Source: a candidate division NC10 bacterium SPGG6
GTDB taxonomy: Bacteria > Methylomirabilota > Methylomirabilia > Methylomirabilales > CSP1-5
Assembly: GCA_001643535.1 (NCBI GenBank)
Contig: LXTG01000068.1
Span: 1-44,758, forward strand
Direction: 5' to 3'
DNA: 44,758 bases
This document shows, piece by piece, positions 1 to 8,293 of this stretch. Position numbers and translations under genes: made by a program. Numbering within the stretch: the first letter of the stretch is position 1; each line of letters starts with the position of its first letter. Under the pieces are notes generated by a model, which was not told the origin of the DNA, did no database searches, and saw only the letters and a program-made list of their open reading frames with translations.

Positions 1-816
1 CGCCGCACGGGCAGGCAATGGCTTGCCCATGCCACCCCCCGCCACCAAAAACCTAGCCCCGATCGCGTCACCGAGTTCCGCCAGCCGTCTCCTGAGCGTC
101 GTGATGTGCTCCTCCCGCTGCTTGAGAGCCTCGGCAAGCTCGTGAACTTCCGCGGCTCGTTCCACCTGCAGGAGGGTAGCCTGCTCGAGATCCTCCCCGA
201 CGACCCGGAGTTTCGCCTGGAGTTTCTTCCGCTCTTCGACCAATCGCTTAGTGGTTCCCTGCCACGCCTGCAGGGATTCCTGATCCGCCCGGCGGGCTTT
301 CTCCATCTGCTGAAGTTTCGCCTCCCGCTCCCGCATCGTCCGTTGAAGGGCCGCAACCTCTTTCTCTCGCTGGACGAGACGGTGGTCGAGCTCCTCCTTA
401 TCTACCTGCATGGCCTGTACCTTTCCCTCCAACTTCTTCTTATTCACCCGGAGGGCCCGTACGTCGCCCTTCAGTTTCTCCGAATCGCTCTTGAGCGTCG
501 TGACCTTTGCCTTCAATCCATCTCTTTCCTGGCGGGCCTTGGCTAACTCCTTCTTCAGGCTTCGCACATCGGCCTTGACCTTATCCCGGCTCTTCGCAAG
601 CTTCGTGGTGATCTGCTCGGCCCTCCGGACCTCCTTTGCCGACTTGGCCTCGGCCATCTTGTGGACTTCGGTCACTCCCTCGAGTTCCGCCGCCAACTGA
701 CTAGTTGTCTCGGTCAGGAGGGCGATCTGCTGGGTGGCCTTATAGTACCGGTACCCGAGGATACCCACCACCGCGCAAGCCACCAGGAGCATCACCCATG
801 CCATGGAATCTCGCAT
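1..816 (-). CDS. membrane-anchored coiled-coil protein (partial; 3' end runs off the window)
   Basis: Absent from the ORF track because no stop lies inside the window. The reverse-strand ATG at 816-814 opens a frame that I read without stops down to position 1. It starts MRDSMAWVMLLVACAVVGILGYRYY (one TM helix). Long K/E/L/R-rich heptad-like sequence follows (..KLAKSRDKVKADVRSLKKELAKARQERDGLKAKV..). The + strand ORFs 106-546, 410-700 and 661-939 are antisense shadows of it. Confidence 0.55.
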   Translation of the reverse strand, partial: MRDSMAWVMLLVACAVVGILGYRYYKATQQIALLTETTSQLAAELEGVTEVHKMAEAKSAKEVRRAEQITTKLAKSRDKVKADVRSLKKELAKARQERDGLKAKVTTLKSDSEKLKGDVRALRVNKKKLEGKVQAMQVDKEELDHRLVQREKEVAALQRTMREREAKLQQMEKARRADQESLQAWQGTTKRLVEERKKLQAKLRVVGEDLEQATLLQVERAAEVHELAEALKQREEHITTLRRRLAELGDAIGARFLVAGGGMGKPLPARAA

Positions 817-952
817 TGCTCCCTCCGGGCCGCATCTTACGAACTCTGCCCCTCAACGGCAAGTCCTATCTCACCTCTCTGCCTTATCATATTTTATGAA
901 AGAGCCCGCGAAACTGTCCCCATCCCCACACGAATGTGACACCTCCTAGGGC

Positions 953-1693
953 TCAGGAAGGAGACCTCGCAAAGATCGTACCTTCTCGTCGTTGGGAGAG
1001 GAGGCGGCGGGCCTCCCGGAAAGTGGCGTGAAACATGGCCCGAGTCAAGCGGCGGGTCAGCGTATTTTGCTGACTCGGATGGTACGAGGCCAGGAGGGTG
1101 AGCCCATTCGTGAGGCGAAAGCGAGCCCCGTGGGCAAAACGGGGCCGGGGCCTTGGCAGAGCGACTCCGGTTTCATGACACGCTCGGAGAAAAGTGTCGA
1201 AGGCGATCCGACCTAAGGCGACCACGACGCGGACCTTGCGCAGCAGCCCGAGCTCCCGCAGAAGGTAGGGACGGCAGCTGGTGAGCTCTTGGGGCGTCGG
1301 TTTATTCTGAGGAGGGGCGCAGCGGAGGGCCGCGGTGATATAGCAGTCCTTCAGCTCCAGCCCATCCCCCCGAGCGGTCGAGGTCGGTTGATTGGCAAAG
1401 CCGAAGACATAGAGGGCGCGGCAGAGCCAGTCCCCGCTTCGATCACCCGTAAAGATCCGGCCCGTCCTGTTCCCCCCATGGGCGGCAGGGGCCAGGCCCA
1501 GAATGAGCAATCTGGCGTCGGGATCGCCGAGGCTCGGAATCGGTCGTCCCCAATACTCCCAGTCCCGGTAGCGACGGACCTTCACGGTTGCCACCTGCTC
1601 CCGGTACCGTGTCAAGCGGGGACACCTGATACAGTGAATGACCTCGGTTTGAACCTGCGCCAGCGCCTGCCTATTCCCTGAAAGTGCTTGCAT
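953..1693 (-). CDS. uracil-DNA glycosylase, family 5 (UdgB-like), Fe-S containing
   Basis: The ORF contains LGLAPAAHGGNRTGRIFTGDRSG (the GLAPA-type motif A of family 5, not the GE[AG]PG of family 4), the CIRCPRL cluster cysteines, and SYHPSQQN (motif B). I chose ATG 1693 (MQALSG..); the ORF-track start at 1762 would overlap the upstream gene by 53 nt. Either start is possible. Confidence 0.8.
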   Translation of the reverse strand: MQALSGNRQALAQVQTEVIHCIRCPRLTRYREQVATVKVRRYRDWEYWGRPIPSLGDPDARLLILGLAPAAHGGNRTGRIFTGDRSGDWLCRALYVFGFANQPTSTARGDGLELKDCYITAALRCAPPQNKPTPQELTSCRPYLLRELGLLRKVRVVVALGRIAFDTFLRACHETGVALPRPRPRFAHGARFRLTNGLTLLASYHPSQQNTLTRRLTRAMFHATFREARRLLSQRREGTIFARSPS

Positions 1694-1709
1694 CTCGTGC
1701 AGGGTTGGC

Positions 1710-2528
1710 CTACATGCCCTTTCCCTCGGGGCACAAACCCGCGGTCTCGGCTGAGTGATCATTTCCCTTTCCGAATTCGATCACGACAATGGTGAGATTA
1801 TCGGTCCCGCCCCTGACAAGGACCCCATCCCGAAGACCTTCGGCCCCCTCCTGCGCTCCCGAGCTCTGCAGGAGCGTTTGTGCGATTTGCTCTTTCTCGA
1901 GGACATCGAATAGGCCGTCACAGGCAACGACAAGAAATCGATCTGCTCCGTTGAGTCGCCGCTCTCCCACAGATGGGACACCTATGACCCCGACGGGACG
2001 GAAATAGCTATCGCCGAAGCTACGGGTCGGCATGAGGCCCCGCAGGCCCCGGACCACATATCCCCCCTCGATCTCCCCCCCTGCGCTGATGATCCGGGAC
2101 CGCTCCGCGGGATCATCCACCCGATGGGGCCGGGTCAGCGAGATCGGCTCTGCCGCCACGACGAGAATCCCGCCGTCTCCCACGTGGGCGAAGCTCAGTT
2201 CATCGTATCGGAGAAAGACCGTCGTAGCGGTCGTTCCGCTGGCGATCCCCTGCAGCCGCTCCTCCACCACGCGGTAGGCCTGCCGGAAAGCCTCAGGCGG
2301 CTGGAGCCCAGCGTCGAAGGCCTGGAAGAAGGCCTTATGAAGCGAGGCCGCTACGAGCTCGGCCGCCTCCATCCCCCCATGGCCATCATAGACGCCGCCG
2401 TAGAGGCCAAGCCCTGGGTGGATCTCGAGGACATGTCGGTCCTCCATCGTAGGCCGAAAGCCGATATCCGAAACCTGATGAACGGCTCGGACACGAGCAG
2501 TGGCCACCGGGTCGTGCTGTCTCGGCAT
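1710..2528 (-). CDS. PP2C-family Ser/Thr protein phosphatase
   Basis: PP2C motifs FRPTMEDRH, GGVYDGHGG, ACDGLFDV and GGTDNLTIVVIEF. The start is placed at ATG 2528 (MPRQHDP..). The ORF track extends to 2612 with 28 residues that are not PP2C-like. Confidence 0.85.
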   Translation of the reverse strand: MPRQHDPVATARVRAVHQVSDIGFRPTMEDRHVLEIHPGLGLYGGVYDGHGGMEAAELVAASLHKAFFQAFDAGLQPPEAFRQAYRVVEERLQGIASGTTATTVFLRYDELSFAHVGDGGILVVAAEPISLTRPHRVDDPAERSRIISAGGEIEGGYVVRGLRGLMPTRSFGDSYFRPVGVIGVPSVGERRLNGADRFLVVACDGLFDVLEKEQIAQTLLQSSGAQEGAEGLRDGVLVRGGTDNLTIVVIEFGKGNDHSAETAGLCPEGKGM

Positions 2529-2731
2529 CAATTCCCCTTCTGGAGTGTCCCACCCGCTGGTCTTCGCGGCCTTAAATACAGATGCCCGGCTCTCCCTGAG
2601 GGCATCGCACACACCTCACTCGCATTCGCCGGTAAAGAAGCCGCCATCGGATATTTCTTCCTCGACAATATGCCAGGGGAGCCACAAAGGCAAGGCTTGG
2701 GATTTTGTAGCTCCCCGGCTATAGTCAAAGG

Positions 2732-3352
2732 GTGGACCACGCCGCAGCGAACAACCGAGAGCTGGTCGCCCTCACCTTTCGATCCCTGGAAGAGGCCTTT
2801 GCCAGGGGAGACGATACGGAGGCCGTCTCGGCCCTTCGGGAAGTCTTCGGCCGGCGGATCGGGGCCTGCCTGATTAATGTGCCATCGCCAGAAGAGCTGA
2901 AGGAGTTACCCGAGGCACGTCAACAAGAGATCAGGGAGCGGCAGCGCGTGGCCGCGCTGCTCAAACAGAAGCGAGAGGCAGCCTTGGAGGTTATCCCCGC
3001 CTACAACCATCTGCTCCAGGGCTACCGCGCCTACGACGCTGAGGCGGGCTCCCCGAGGAACATCGCTCGTTACCTCGGGATTTCAGCCACCACCGTTTTG
3101 GTCGGGGGGTTTTTGGGCTACCTGGTTGAGCAAGGGATCGGCCTCCCCTACGCCACAGTGGTCGGGATCGGCTTGGGGGCCATCGCCTTCTTCGCCATGG
3201 TCCTGCAAACCCTCGGCACCAGCCGCGAGATGACTCGGGTGGAATCCGCGCACGCCGCTCAAGTGGAAAGACTGCAGGAGGAGCTCACCGCCGCCTTCGA
3301 GGCGGTGGATCGGCAAGGACCCCTGGAGGTGCAGAAGAACCCCAGCATGTGA
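2732..3352 (+). CDS. hypothetical membrane protein
   Basis: GTG-initiated 206-aa ORF divergent from the PP2C gene. It has a charged helical N-terminal half, two adjacent hydrophobic helices (TTVLVGGFLGYLV, VVGIGLGAIAFFAMVL) and a coiled C-terminus. No family recognised. Confidence 0.5.
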   Translation: MDHAAANNRELVALTFRSLEEAFARGDDTEAVSALREVFGRRIGACLINVPSPEELKELPEARQQEIRERQRVAALLKQKREAALEVIPAYNHLLQGYRAYDAEAGSPRNIARYLGISATTVLVGGFLGYLVEQGIGLPYATVVGIGLGAIAFFAMVLQTLGTSREMTRVESAHAAQVERLQEELTAAFEAVDRQGPLEVQKNPSM

Positions 3353-3365
3353 AGGAGGCACCATC

Positions 3366-4034
3366 ATGGTAGATGCAGCTTCCCTCGTGGAAGAGACGCG
3401 AAAAACGCTACAGGCGGTCGAGACACGGATCCGCCGGCATCCCTACCTGGATGCGGTGGAGGCCGGACAGATTTCAAAAGACGAACTCCGTCGTTTCGCG
3501 GGCCAGCAGCACCACATCATTGGGAGTGACCTGAGAGCGATGGCACTCTTGATCGCCAAGGCCGGCTCCACCAAGACCCGGGAGTTTTTTTGGGGAGGGA
3601 TCCAGGGTGAGCGGACAGCTTTAGAAGGCCTTCACGCCTTCGCTACTGCTCTCGCCATGCCGGTTGGGGACCTCGAGGCTGCCGAGCCGATCCCCGGGGC
3701 TTTCGCGTACAGCGCCTATATCGCCTGGCTCGCCTTGTTCGGCTCCTGCGCCGAGTTTGCCGCCGCCTTCCTGGTGAATCTGGAAGCGTGGGGGGGAAAC
3801 TGTGCCCGGATGAGCCGGGCCCTCAGGGCAAGATACCAAATGAGGGACGAGGATGTCGCCTTCTTCGACCTGTTCAGCAGCCCGCCTCCGGACTTCCAGA
3901 GGGGGGCCCTGCGTGTGATCCAGGAGGGACTCGAGCGGGGGATAGAACCCCAACAGATAAGGCGGGCAGCCCGGATGCTCCAGGGCTACGAGCTTCTCTA
4001 CTGGGATACCCTTTATCAGGCTTTAGCAGGATAG
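3366..4034 (+). CDS. TenA/PqqC-like (haem-oxygenase-like fold) protein
   Basis: 222-aa all-helical ORF starting 14 nt after the previous stop. The N-terminal pattern HPYLDAVEAGQISKDELRRFAGQQHHII resembles the TenA/PqqC family signature (HPF..l..G.l....f..Y..Q.y). Family-level call only. Confidence 0.45.
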   Translation: MVDAASLVEETRKTLQAVETRIRRHPYLDAVEAGQISKDELRRFAGQQHHIIGSDLRAMALLIAKAGSTKTREFFWGGIQGERTALEGLHAFATALAMPVGDLEAAEPIPGAFAYSAYIAWLALFGSCAEFAAAFLVNLEAWGGNCARMSRALRARYQMRDEDVAFFDLFSSPPPDFQRGALRVIQEGLERGIEPQQIRRAARMLQGYELLYWDTLYQALAG

Positions 4035-4183
4035 GCCGACAGGGGTCGAGTCGGGGATCAGGGCACCCCAATCGGGAGATGCCCCGGGGCGGAACGCTGC
4101 CCCCGAAGCCCGGCTCACGGCGACAGGCATCACACTTCTGCCAACGAGCAGTTCCAGGGAGGGCGATTCTCGAAAAAGACCCA

Positions 4184-4212
4184 TTGACAATAAATCAAGA
4201 GAGATCTATAGT
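4184..4212 (+). promoter_or_regulatory. sigma-70-type promoter TTGACA-N17-TATAGT upstream of rpsU
   Basis: TTGACA at 4184-4189, exactly 17 nt of spacer, TATAGT at 4207-4212. It lies about 130 nt upstream of the rpsU ATG. Confidence 0.6.
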
Positions 4213-4343
4213 TTCTGCGACTCTAGATTCTCACGGGTCCGCCTTTTGGTATCGACGACGCCGCGAGGACTGAGGTCCAGCGGCTTTTTGTGTTGGGTCA
4301 GGGCCATCTCGGCCGACGAGGGACTGCGGCTACCGGAGGGAAG

Positions 4344-4628
4344 ATGCGAGAATTTGAGCGGCGCGATAACCCGGGGCAACACACCGGTGCGAGCCCCTCG
4401 TCCCGCCGTCCCCTCGAGGTCGTCGTGGATGACCGCGGGGTCGAATCAGCGCTCCGCACCTTCAAGCGCCTCGTGTTGCGAGACGGGGTCCTCCGAGAGC
4501 TGAAGCGGAAGCAGAGCTATGAGAAACCCGGGGAGCGGAAGCGGCGAAAGGTACGCGAGGCGGCCCGCCGGCGGCGGCGGCAACTGACCCGCGCCGCCGC
4601 CCGCCGACAGCAGAATGATCGGCCGTAA
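4344..4628 (+). CDS. rpsU: 30S ribosomal protein S21
   Basis: LEVVVDDRGVESALRTFKRLVLRDGVLRELKRKQSYEKPGERKRRK matches the S21 core (..ESALRRFKR...EKPSERR..), with a basic tail. ATG 4344 has GGAGGG just upstream. GTG 4290 in the ORF track adds an unsupported extension. Confidence 0.85.
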   Translation: MREFERRDNPGQHTGASPSSRRPLEVVVDDRGVESALRTFKRLVLRDGVLRELKRKQSYEKPGERKRRKVREAARRRRRQLTRAAARRQQNDRP

Positions 4629-4667
4629 CCGCACGGGCCGTAGCAGCAGGGGAAAGGAGACGGCGGC

Positions 4668-4958
4668 ATGGGATCGAGAATCTACGTAGGCAATCTCCCC
4701 TTTAGCGTGGATGCGGACCAACTCCGCTCCCTCTTTGAGGAAGGGGGGCGCCAGGTCCAGGACGTCAAGATCGTCACCGATCGCATTACCGGCCGGCCCC
4801 GCGGCTTTGCCTTTGTGGACATGGACAGTTCCGAAGAGGCGGAGGCAGCCATCACCGCCCTGAACGGGCGCGACATGGGGGGGCGCACCCTCACGGTCAG
4901 CATGGCCCGGGAGCGGGAGCCGCGGCACGGCGGCGGTGATCGCCGGGATCGCTACTGA
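4668..4958 (+). CDS. RRM-type RNA-binding protein
   Basis: 96 aa with RNP-2 (IYVGNL) and RNP-1 (RGFAFVDM) motifs and a Gly/Arg-rich tail. Confidence 0.9.
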   Translation: MGSRIYVGNLPFSVDADQLRSLFEEGGRQVQDVKIVTDRITGRPRGFAFVDMDSSEEAEAAITALNGRDMGGRTLTVSMAREREPRHGGGDRRDRY

Positions 4959-5453
4959 TGGCCAGGCGAGCCCGGGCGTACCGGGGGGCCAAGCGCCAGA
5001 AGGAGAAGGTCCGGCAGACACGCCAGCAAGAGAAACGGCGTCGGCGCCAAGATAAGAAACAGAGTCCCCACCCCCTAGAGAACCAGGAGCCTGGGCCGGA
5101 GAGTCTTCCTCCCGACTCTCCCGATCAGCCTCCGGACACATAGTCAGCCCCCCTCATTGCAGGACCTCTCCGGGTGGTCTGAGACGCCAAACTCTCTTAC
5201 AGTTACATGGACATGGGAAAGAAGGGGACTGAATCTTTCTCCAGGCAGAGAAAAAGTTATATTGGGGGCCGCGATAACCTGGGGTAGGTTCTGGCCGGGC
5301 CGAAGTTTCGGTCGTATCGCCACAGCGGCAAGACTTCAGCCGCCGCAGGTCCACAACACCTCAGAAACCTCCATCTCCTGCATCAGCAGAAATTCGTATG
5401 GAGATCTCTCCTGCCCGGAGACCCGGCTGCCTTCCCCCGAGACCCCCGAGGGA

Positions 5454-5738
5454 CTACCTGGCCAGGATGGCGTCCTTCAAGGCCTTCGCAATCCGGATTC
5501 GGACTACCCGCTTGGCGGGAATCTTGATGGGCTCGCCCGTCTGAGGGTTCCGACCCATGCGCGCCTTCCGATTCACCAGCACCACCTTGCCAATCCCCGG
5601 CACGGTGAAGCCGTTCTTGGCTTCCTTGGCCGCCAGGGAGGCCAGTTCGTCCAGGATAGCCGCCATGGTGCTCTTGGTAACCTCGGCGCTGTCAGCGAGC
5701 CGGGCTACAAGCTGTGCCTTCGTTATCGCCTTTCCCAT
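5454..5738 (-). CDS. HU/IHF-family DNA-binding protein
   Basis: MGKAITKAQLVARLA..GFTVPGIGKVVLVNRKARMGRNPQTGEPIKIPAKRVVRIRIAKALKD, including the RNPQTGE beta-arm. AAGGAGG lies 5 nt upstream of ATG 5738; the ORF-track start at 5771 is less likely. Confidence 0.9.
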   Translation of the reverse strand: MGKAITKAQLVARLADSAEVTKSTMAAILDELASLAAKEAKNGFTVPGIGKVVLVNRKARMGRNPQTGEPIKIPAKRVVRIRIAKALKDAILAR

Positions 5739-5864
5739 TGTACCCTCCTTTGCGCTAACGGTTTCCTCCAACCCCTCTCCCGCCGGTCAAAGCTATATCC
5801 TGTCATGCCCCGCGAGTCAATAGGATCTTGAATCAGCGGAGGCACCCCTCACAAGGGGGGCGTC

Positions 5865-6302
5865 TCATCCCTTGGCCTTGGCTTCTTCCAGGGCGTGCTC
5901 CAACTCCTTGACTCGATCCCGAAGTGCCTTCTGCGTGGTAAAGGCCTCGGTTTCATCCCGCATGATAGCAAAGATCTCCTCCACCTGGCCATCCCCCCCT
6001 TTCAGCAACCCAACGGTAAAGGCGATGGAGACGCGGCTTCCGTCCTTCTTCATGGCCGGAACTCGAAGGACCTGATCGCCGTAGTGGGTCTGGCTGGTCC
6101 GCATGACTTCACGAAAACCGACCCAGTGCCGTTCTCGGTACTTCTCAGGGACAATAAGATCTAATGACTCCCCAAGGGCCTCTGTCTCTGTAAACCCGAA
6201 CATTCTTTCGGCGCCGGGGTTCCAGAGCGCGATCGTCCCGTCGGACCTAGCCACGACAATGGCATCCGCTGCTCCCCGAACGATCTGCTCATAGATCGAC
6301 AT
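5865..6302 (-). CDS. stand-alone PAS-domain protein
   Basis: DAIVVARSDGTIALWNPGAERMFGFTETEALGESLDLIVPEKYRERH...VSIAFTVGLL is a typical PAS fold, with a coiled C-terminal tail and no output domain. Start taken at MSIYEQ (6302); the ORF-track start is 6347. Confidence 0.75.
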   Translation of the reverse strand: MSIYEQIVRGAADAIVVARSDGTIALWNPGAERMFGFTETEALGESLDLIVPEKYRERHWVGFREVMRTSQTHYGDQVLRVPAMKKDGSRVSIAFTVGLLKGGDGQVEEIFAIMRDETEAFTTQKALRDRVKELEHALEEAKAKG

Positions 6303-6376
6303 GCGCCACCTCTTCTGTGCAGATTCTTTCCCGGCTTGCGTGCACAAGGGGGGGGGTCGCGGTCCGCCCCTCTGAA

Positions 6377-6595
6377 CTAGGACGGGGTCGCGGTGAGACT
6401 CAGGATGTGATGGTAGTGGACGGTGAGTCGCGCGCCTGGCGCAGAGCCATCGGGTTCGACCTGAACGACCAGGCCGTCCGCCGCCTCAAGCGTCCCCACC
6501 AGACGTCCGGTGACTGTGGGCGCCCCGAGGGCTTCAGGCGCCAGCGTGAGAATGACTCTCTTCCCGACGTGGCGTTTGATCTCCTCCGGTGTCAT
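6377..6595 (-). CDS. small hypothetical protein (72 aa)
   Basis: ORF immediately downstream of and co-directional with the 6645-7376 ORF. It has a beta-rich pattern (KRVILTL..VTGRLVG..GLVVQVE). No family recognised. Confidence 0.4.
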   Translation of the reverse strand: MTPEEIKRHVGKRVILTLAPEALGAPTVTGRLVGTLEAADGLVVQVEPDGSAPGARLTVHYHHILSLTATPS

Positions 6596-6644
6596 CGAAC
6601 ACCTCCTTTTCTCTCCCTTTCACGAGCCGCGAGAGTGCAACGAC

Positions 6645-7376
6645 TCAGGCGTGAGGATCCTCACTCGGCGCCGGGTCCGGTCCGAGAAGATAAAGAGTCC
6701 GAGGGAACTTCCCTCTCGGTCGTGCCGCAACCTGATTGAGGGCTGTGAAATACTCCACCTGGGAGATTCCGCCTCGCATTGTGCCGAGCGGGAAAATCCC
6801 GATCGTCTCGCAGCCGCGCTTGCCCAGCTCGGCGAGGGCATCCTCAAGACCGGCGAGGACAACCTCTCTGCGGCAGATCGGTTCATGGTCAAAGTCGTAC
6901 ACGATGACCCGGGCGATATATTTTACCCCCTGACACTCCCCATCTGTGATCACGACGGAGCCCAACGGGCGTTTCTCCACTCGGGCGGCACGCTCCAAAG
7001 CAACCCAGAGATCAAGGGGGGTCGGGTTCGGATCTAATTCCTCGATCGCCGCTTGCAGGAGAAGGTAGGTATCCTCAGGCAGGATCAACGCATCTGGTGC
7101 ACTCGGCAGCTCGCGCGACGGCGACAGGATGACCTCCGTGGCCCCCAGGTCCTCGATCCCGTCCCTCTCCACCGTGAACGCCTCCTCAGTCTTCACCGTT
7201 GACCGACGACCGTCCAAGATCAAAGGCCCGCTCTCCCCCTCGCAAGCCGGCGAGGGAAGCAGAGATCCTGAGGAAGGCGGAAACTGCTTTGCGTCCGGCC
7301 GGGGTCCCGCCGCCAGAGCGCAGCGCAGGTGGGGGTGGCCCTCCTGATGCATAGTAACTCGCTCGGCGCGGAACAC
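6645..7376 (-). CDS. hypothetical protein (weak macro-domain-like resemblance)
   Basis: 243-aa ORF. The C-terminal two thirds (PLGSVVITDGECQGVKYIARVIVYDFDHE..LAELGKRGCETIGIFPLGTMRGG) look like an alpha/beta domain. The N-terminal ~60 residues are low-complexity, so the true start may be internal. Confidence 0.4.
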   Translation of the reverse strand: MFRAERVTMHQEGHPHLRCALAAGPRPDAKQFPPSSGSLLPSPACEGESGPLILDGRRSTVKTEEAFTVERDGIEDLGATEVILSPSRELPSAPDALILPEDTYLLLQAAIEELDPNPTPLDLWVALERAARVEKRPLGSVVITDGECQGVKYIARVIVYDFDHEPICRREVVLAGLEDALAELGKRGCETIGIFPLGTMRGGISQVEYFTALNQVAARPRGKFPRTLYLLGPDPAPSEDPHA

Positions 7377-7486
7377 AGTGCCTCCGCCAGAGCAACCCGT
7401 AGAATTTTCCGCCGACGAAGGATGCCTTCCCGAGCCGGCTCAATTTATCTCAGACCACCCAAGTCTGACCGCTAATTTCTGTCCTT

Positions 7487-7514
7487 ATCGGTCGTCGGTC
7501 ATCGGTCGTCGGTC
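7487..7514. repeat. tandem heptanucleotide array (ATCGGTC GTCGGTC)x2
   Basis: Read directly: atcggtc gtcggtc atcggtc gtcggtc, ending 2 nt before the stop codon of the 7517 gene. The 15-mer cttatcggtcgtcgg (7484-7498) recurs at 12826-12840. Confidence 0.9.
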
Positions 7515-7516
7515 CG

Positions 7517-8236
7517 TCACTCCTCTCCCTGGTCCGGCCTCTGGAGGAAGAGGAAGGGATCATCGATTCGAAAAACATCCTGGGTGTAAAAGGCCTGGCC
7601 GTATGTGCAACCGATGATCAGGCCAAAGTAGCGGGCTATCGTCTCGATGCGGCCAGGGACACTCCGATAGCCCGGCCGGCCGAACTGGGACTTATGCGCG
7701 CTGATGGCCTGAAGGGCCTTGGGGAGCTCTTTGTCCACGGGCACAATGAAGGACGGGCGTTCAAAGGGGATCAGAAAGTAGTAGAGAACCTTTTGAACCG
7801 CATGCGGCCGCCCCCCGGCGGGAAATTTTTCCAGGTGGGCGAAGTTGGCCGCGTGGGTAACGAGATGGCCGGCAGCAATATGATCGGCATGTCCCCGTCC
7901 CCGCCCCGGCTCTACATCATAGTGGGGCGCCAGGACGATCTTGGGCCGATACTTGCGGATAAGAGAGGCAACCTGCTTCCGGTTCCGAAGACTATCCTCC
8001 AGGCGGGTATCCCCGAGGTTGAGGGTCTCGAAGGCATCCACCTCAAGGAGTGTGGCCGCTGCCTTCGCCTCCTGCCCCCGGAGTTTCCGGGTCCCGGCCC
8101 CCATATCCCCCTCGGTGAGACTGACGATCCCAGTCCGATACCCTCTGGCCTTCATCTTCAGGAGGAAAGCCCCGGTCCCGATCTCGGCATCATCGGGATG
8201 TGCCCCAAAGGACAAAAAATCTAACCCGCGTCCCAT
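7517..8236 (-). CDS. PIG-L/LmbE-family N-acetylglucosaminyl deacetylase
   Basis: LSFGAHPDDAEIGTGA (the AHPDD.E zinc motif) and GHADHIAAG (HxDH). Start at MGRGLDF (8236); the ORF-track start is 8278. Confidence 0.8.
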   Translation of the reverse strand: MGRGLDFLSFGAHPDDAEIGTGAFLLKMKARGYRTGIVSLTEGDMGAGTRKLRGQEAKAAATLLEVDAFETLNLGDTRLEDSLRNRKQVASLIRKYRPKIVLAPHYDVEPGRGRGHADHIAAGHLVTHAANFAHLEKFPAGGRPHAVQKVLYYFLIPFERPSFIVPVDKELPKALQAISAHKSQFGRPGYRSVPGRIETIARYFGLIIGCTYGQAFYTQDVFRIDDPFLFLQRPDQGEE

Positions 8237-8293
8237 CGCTCTCCCTCTCAAAGAGCTGAGCCGTTCGCCCTCGGCCAAAGGTGCCGCCGCCGA

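Noticed and set aside
4446-5141. 231-aa minus-strand ORF
   Set aside because: It is antisense to rpsU and the RRM gene. Its composition is Gly/Pro/Ala-rich low complexity.
4958-5143. 61-aa Arg/Lys/Gln-rich ORF overlapping the RRM stop (TGATG)
   Set aside because: The coupling geometry is suggestive, but the sequence is pure low complexity (KRQKEKVRQTRQQEKRRRRQDKK, then a Pro/Asp/Ser tail). I cannot support it as a gene without homology or expression data.
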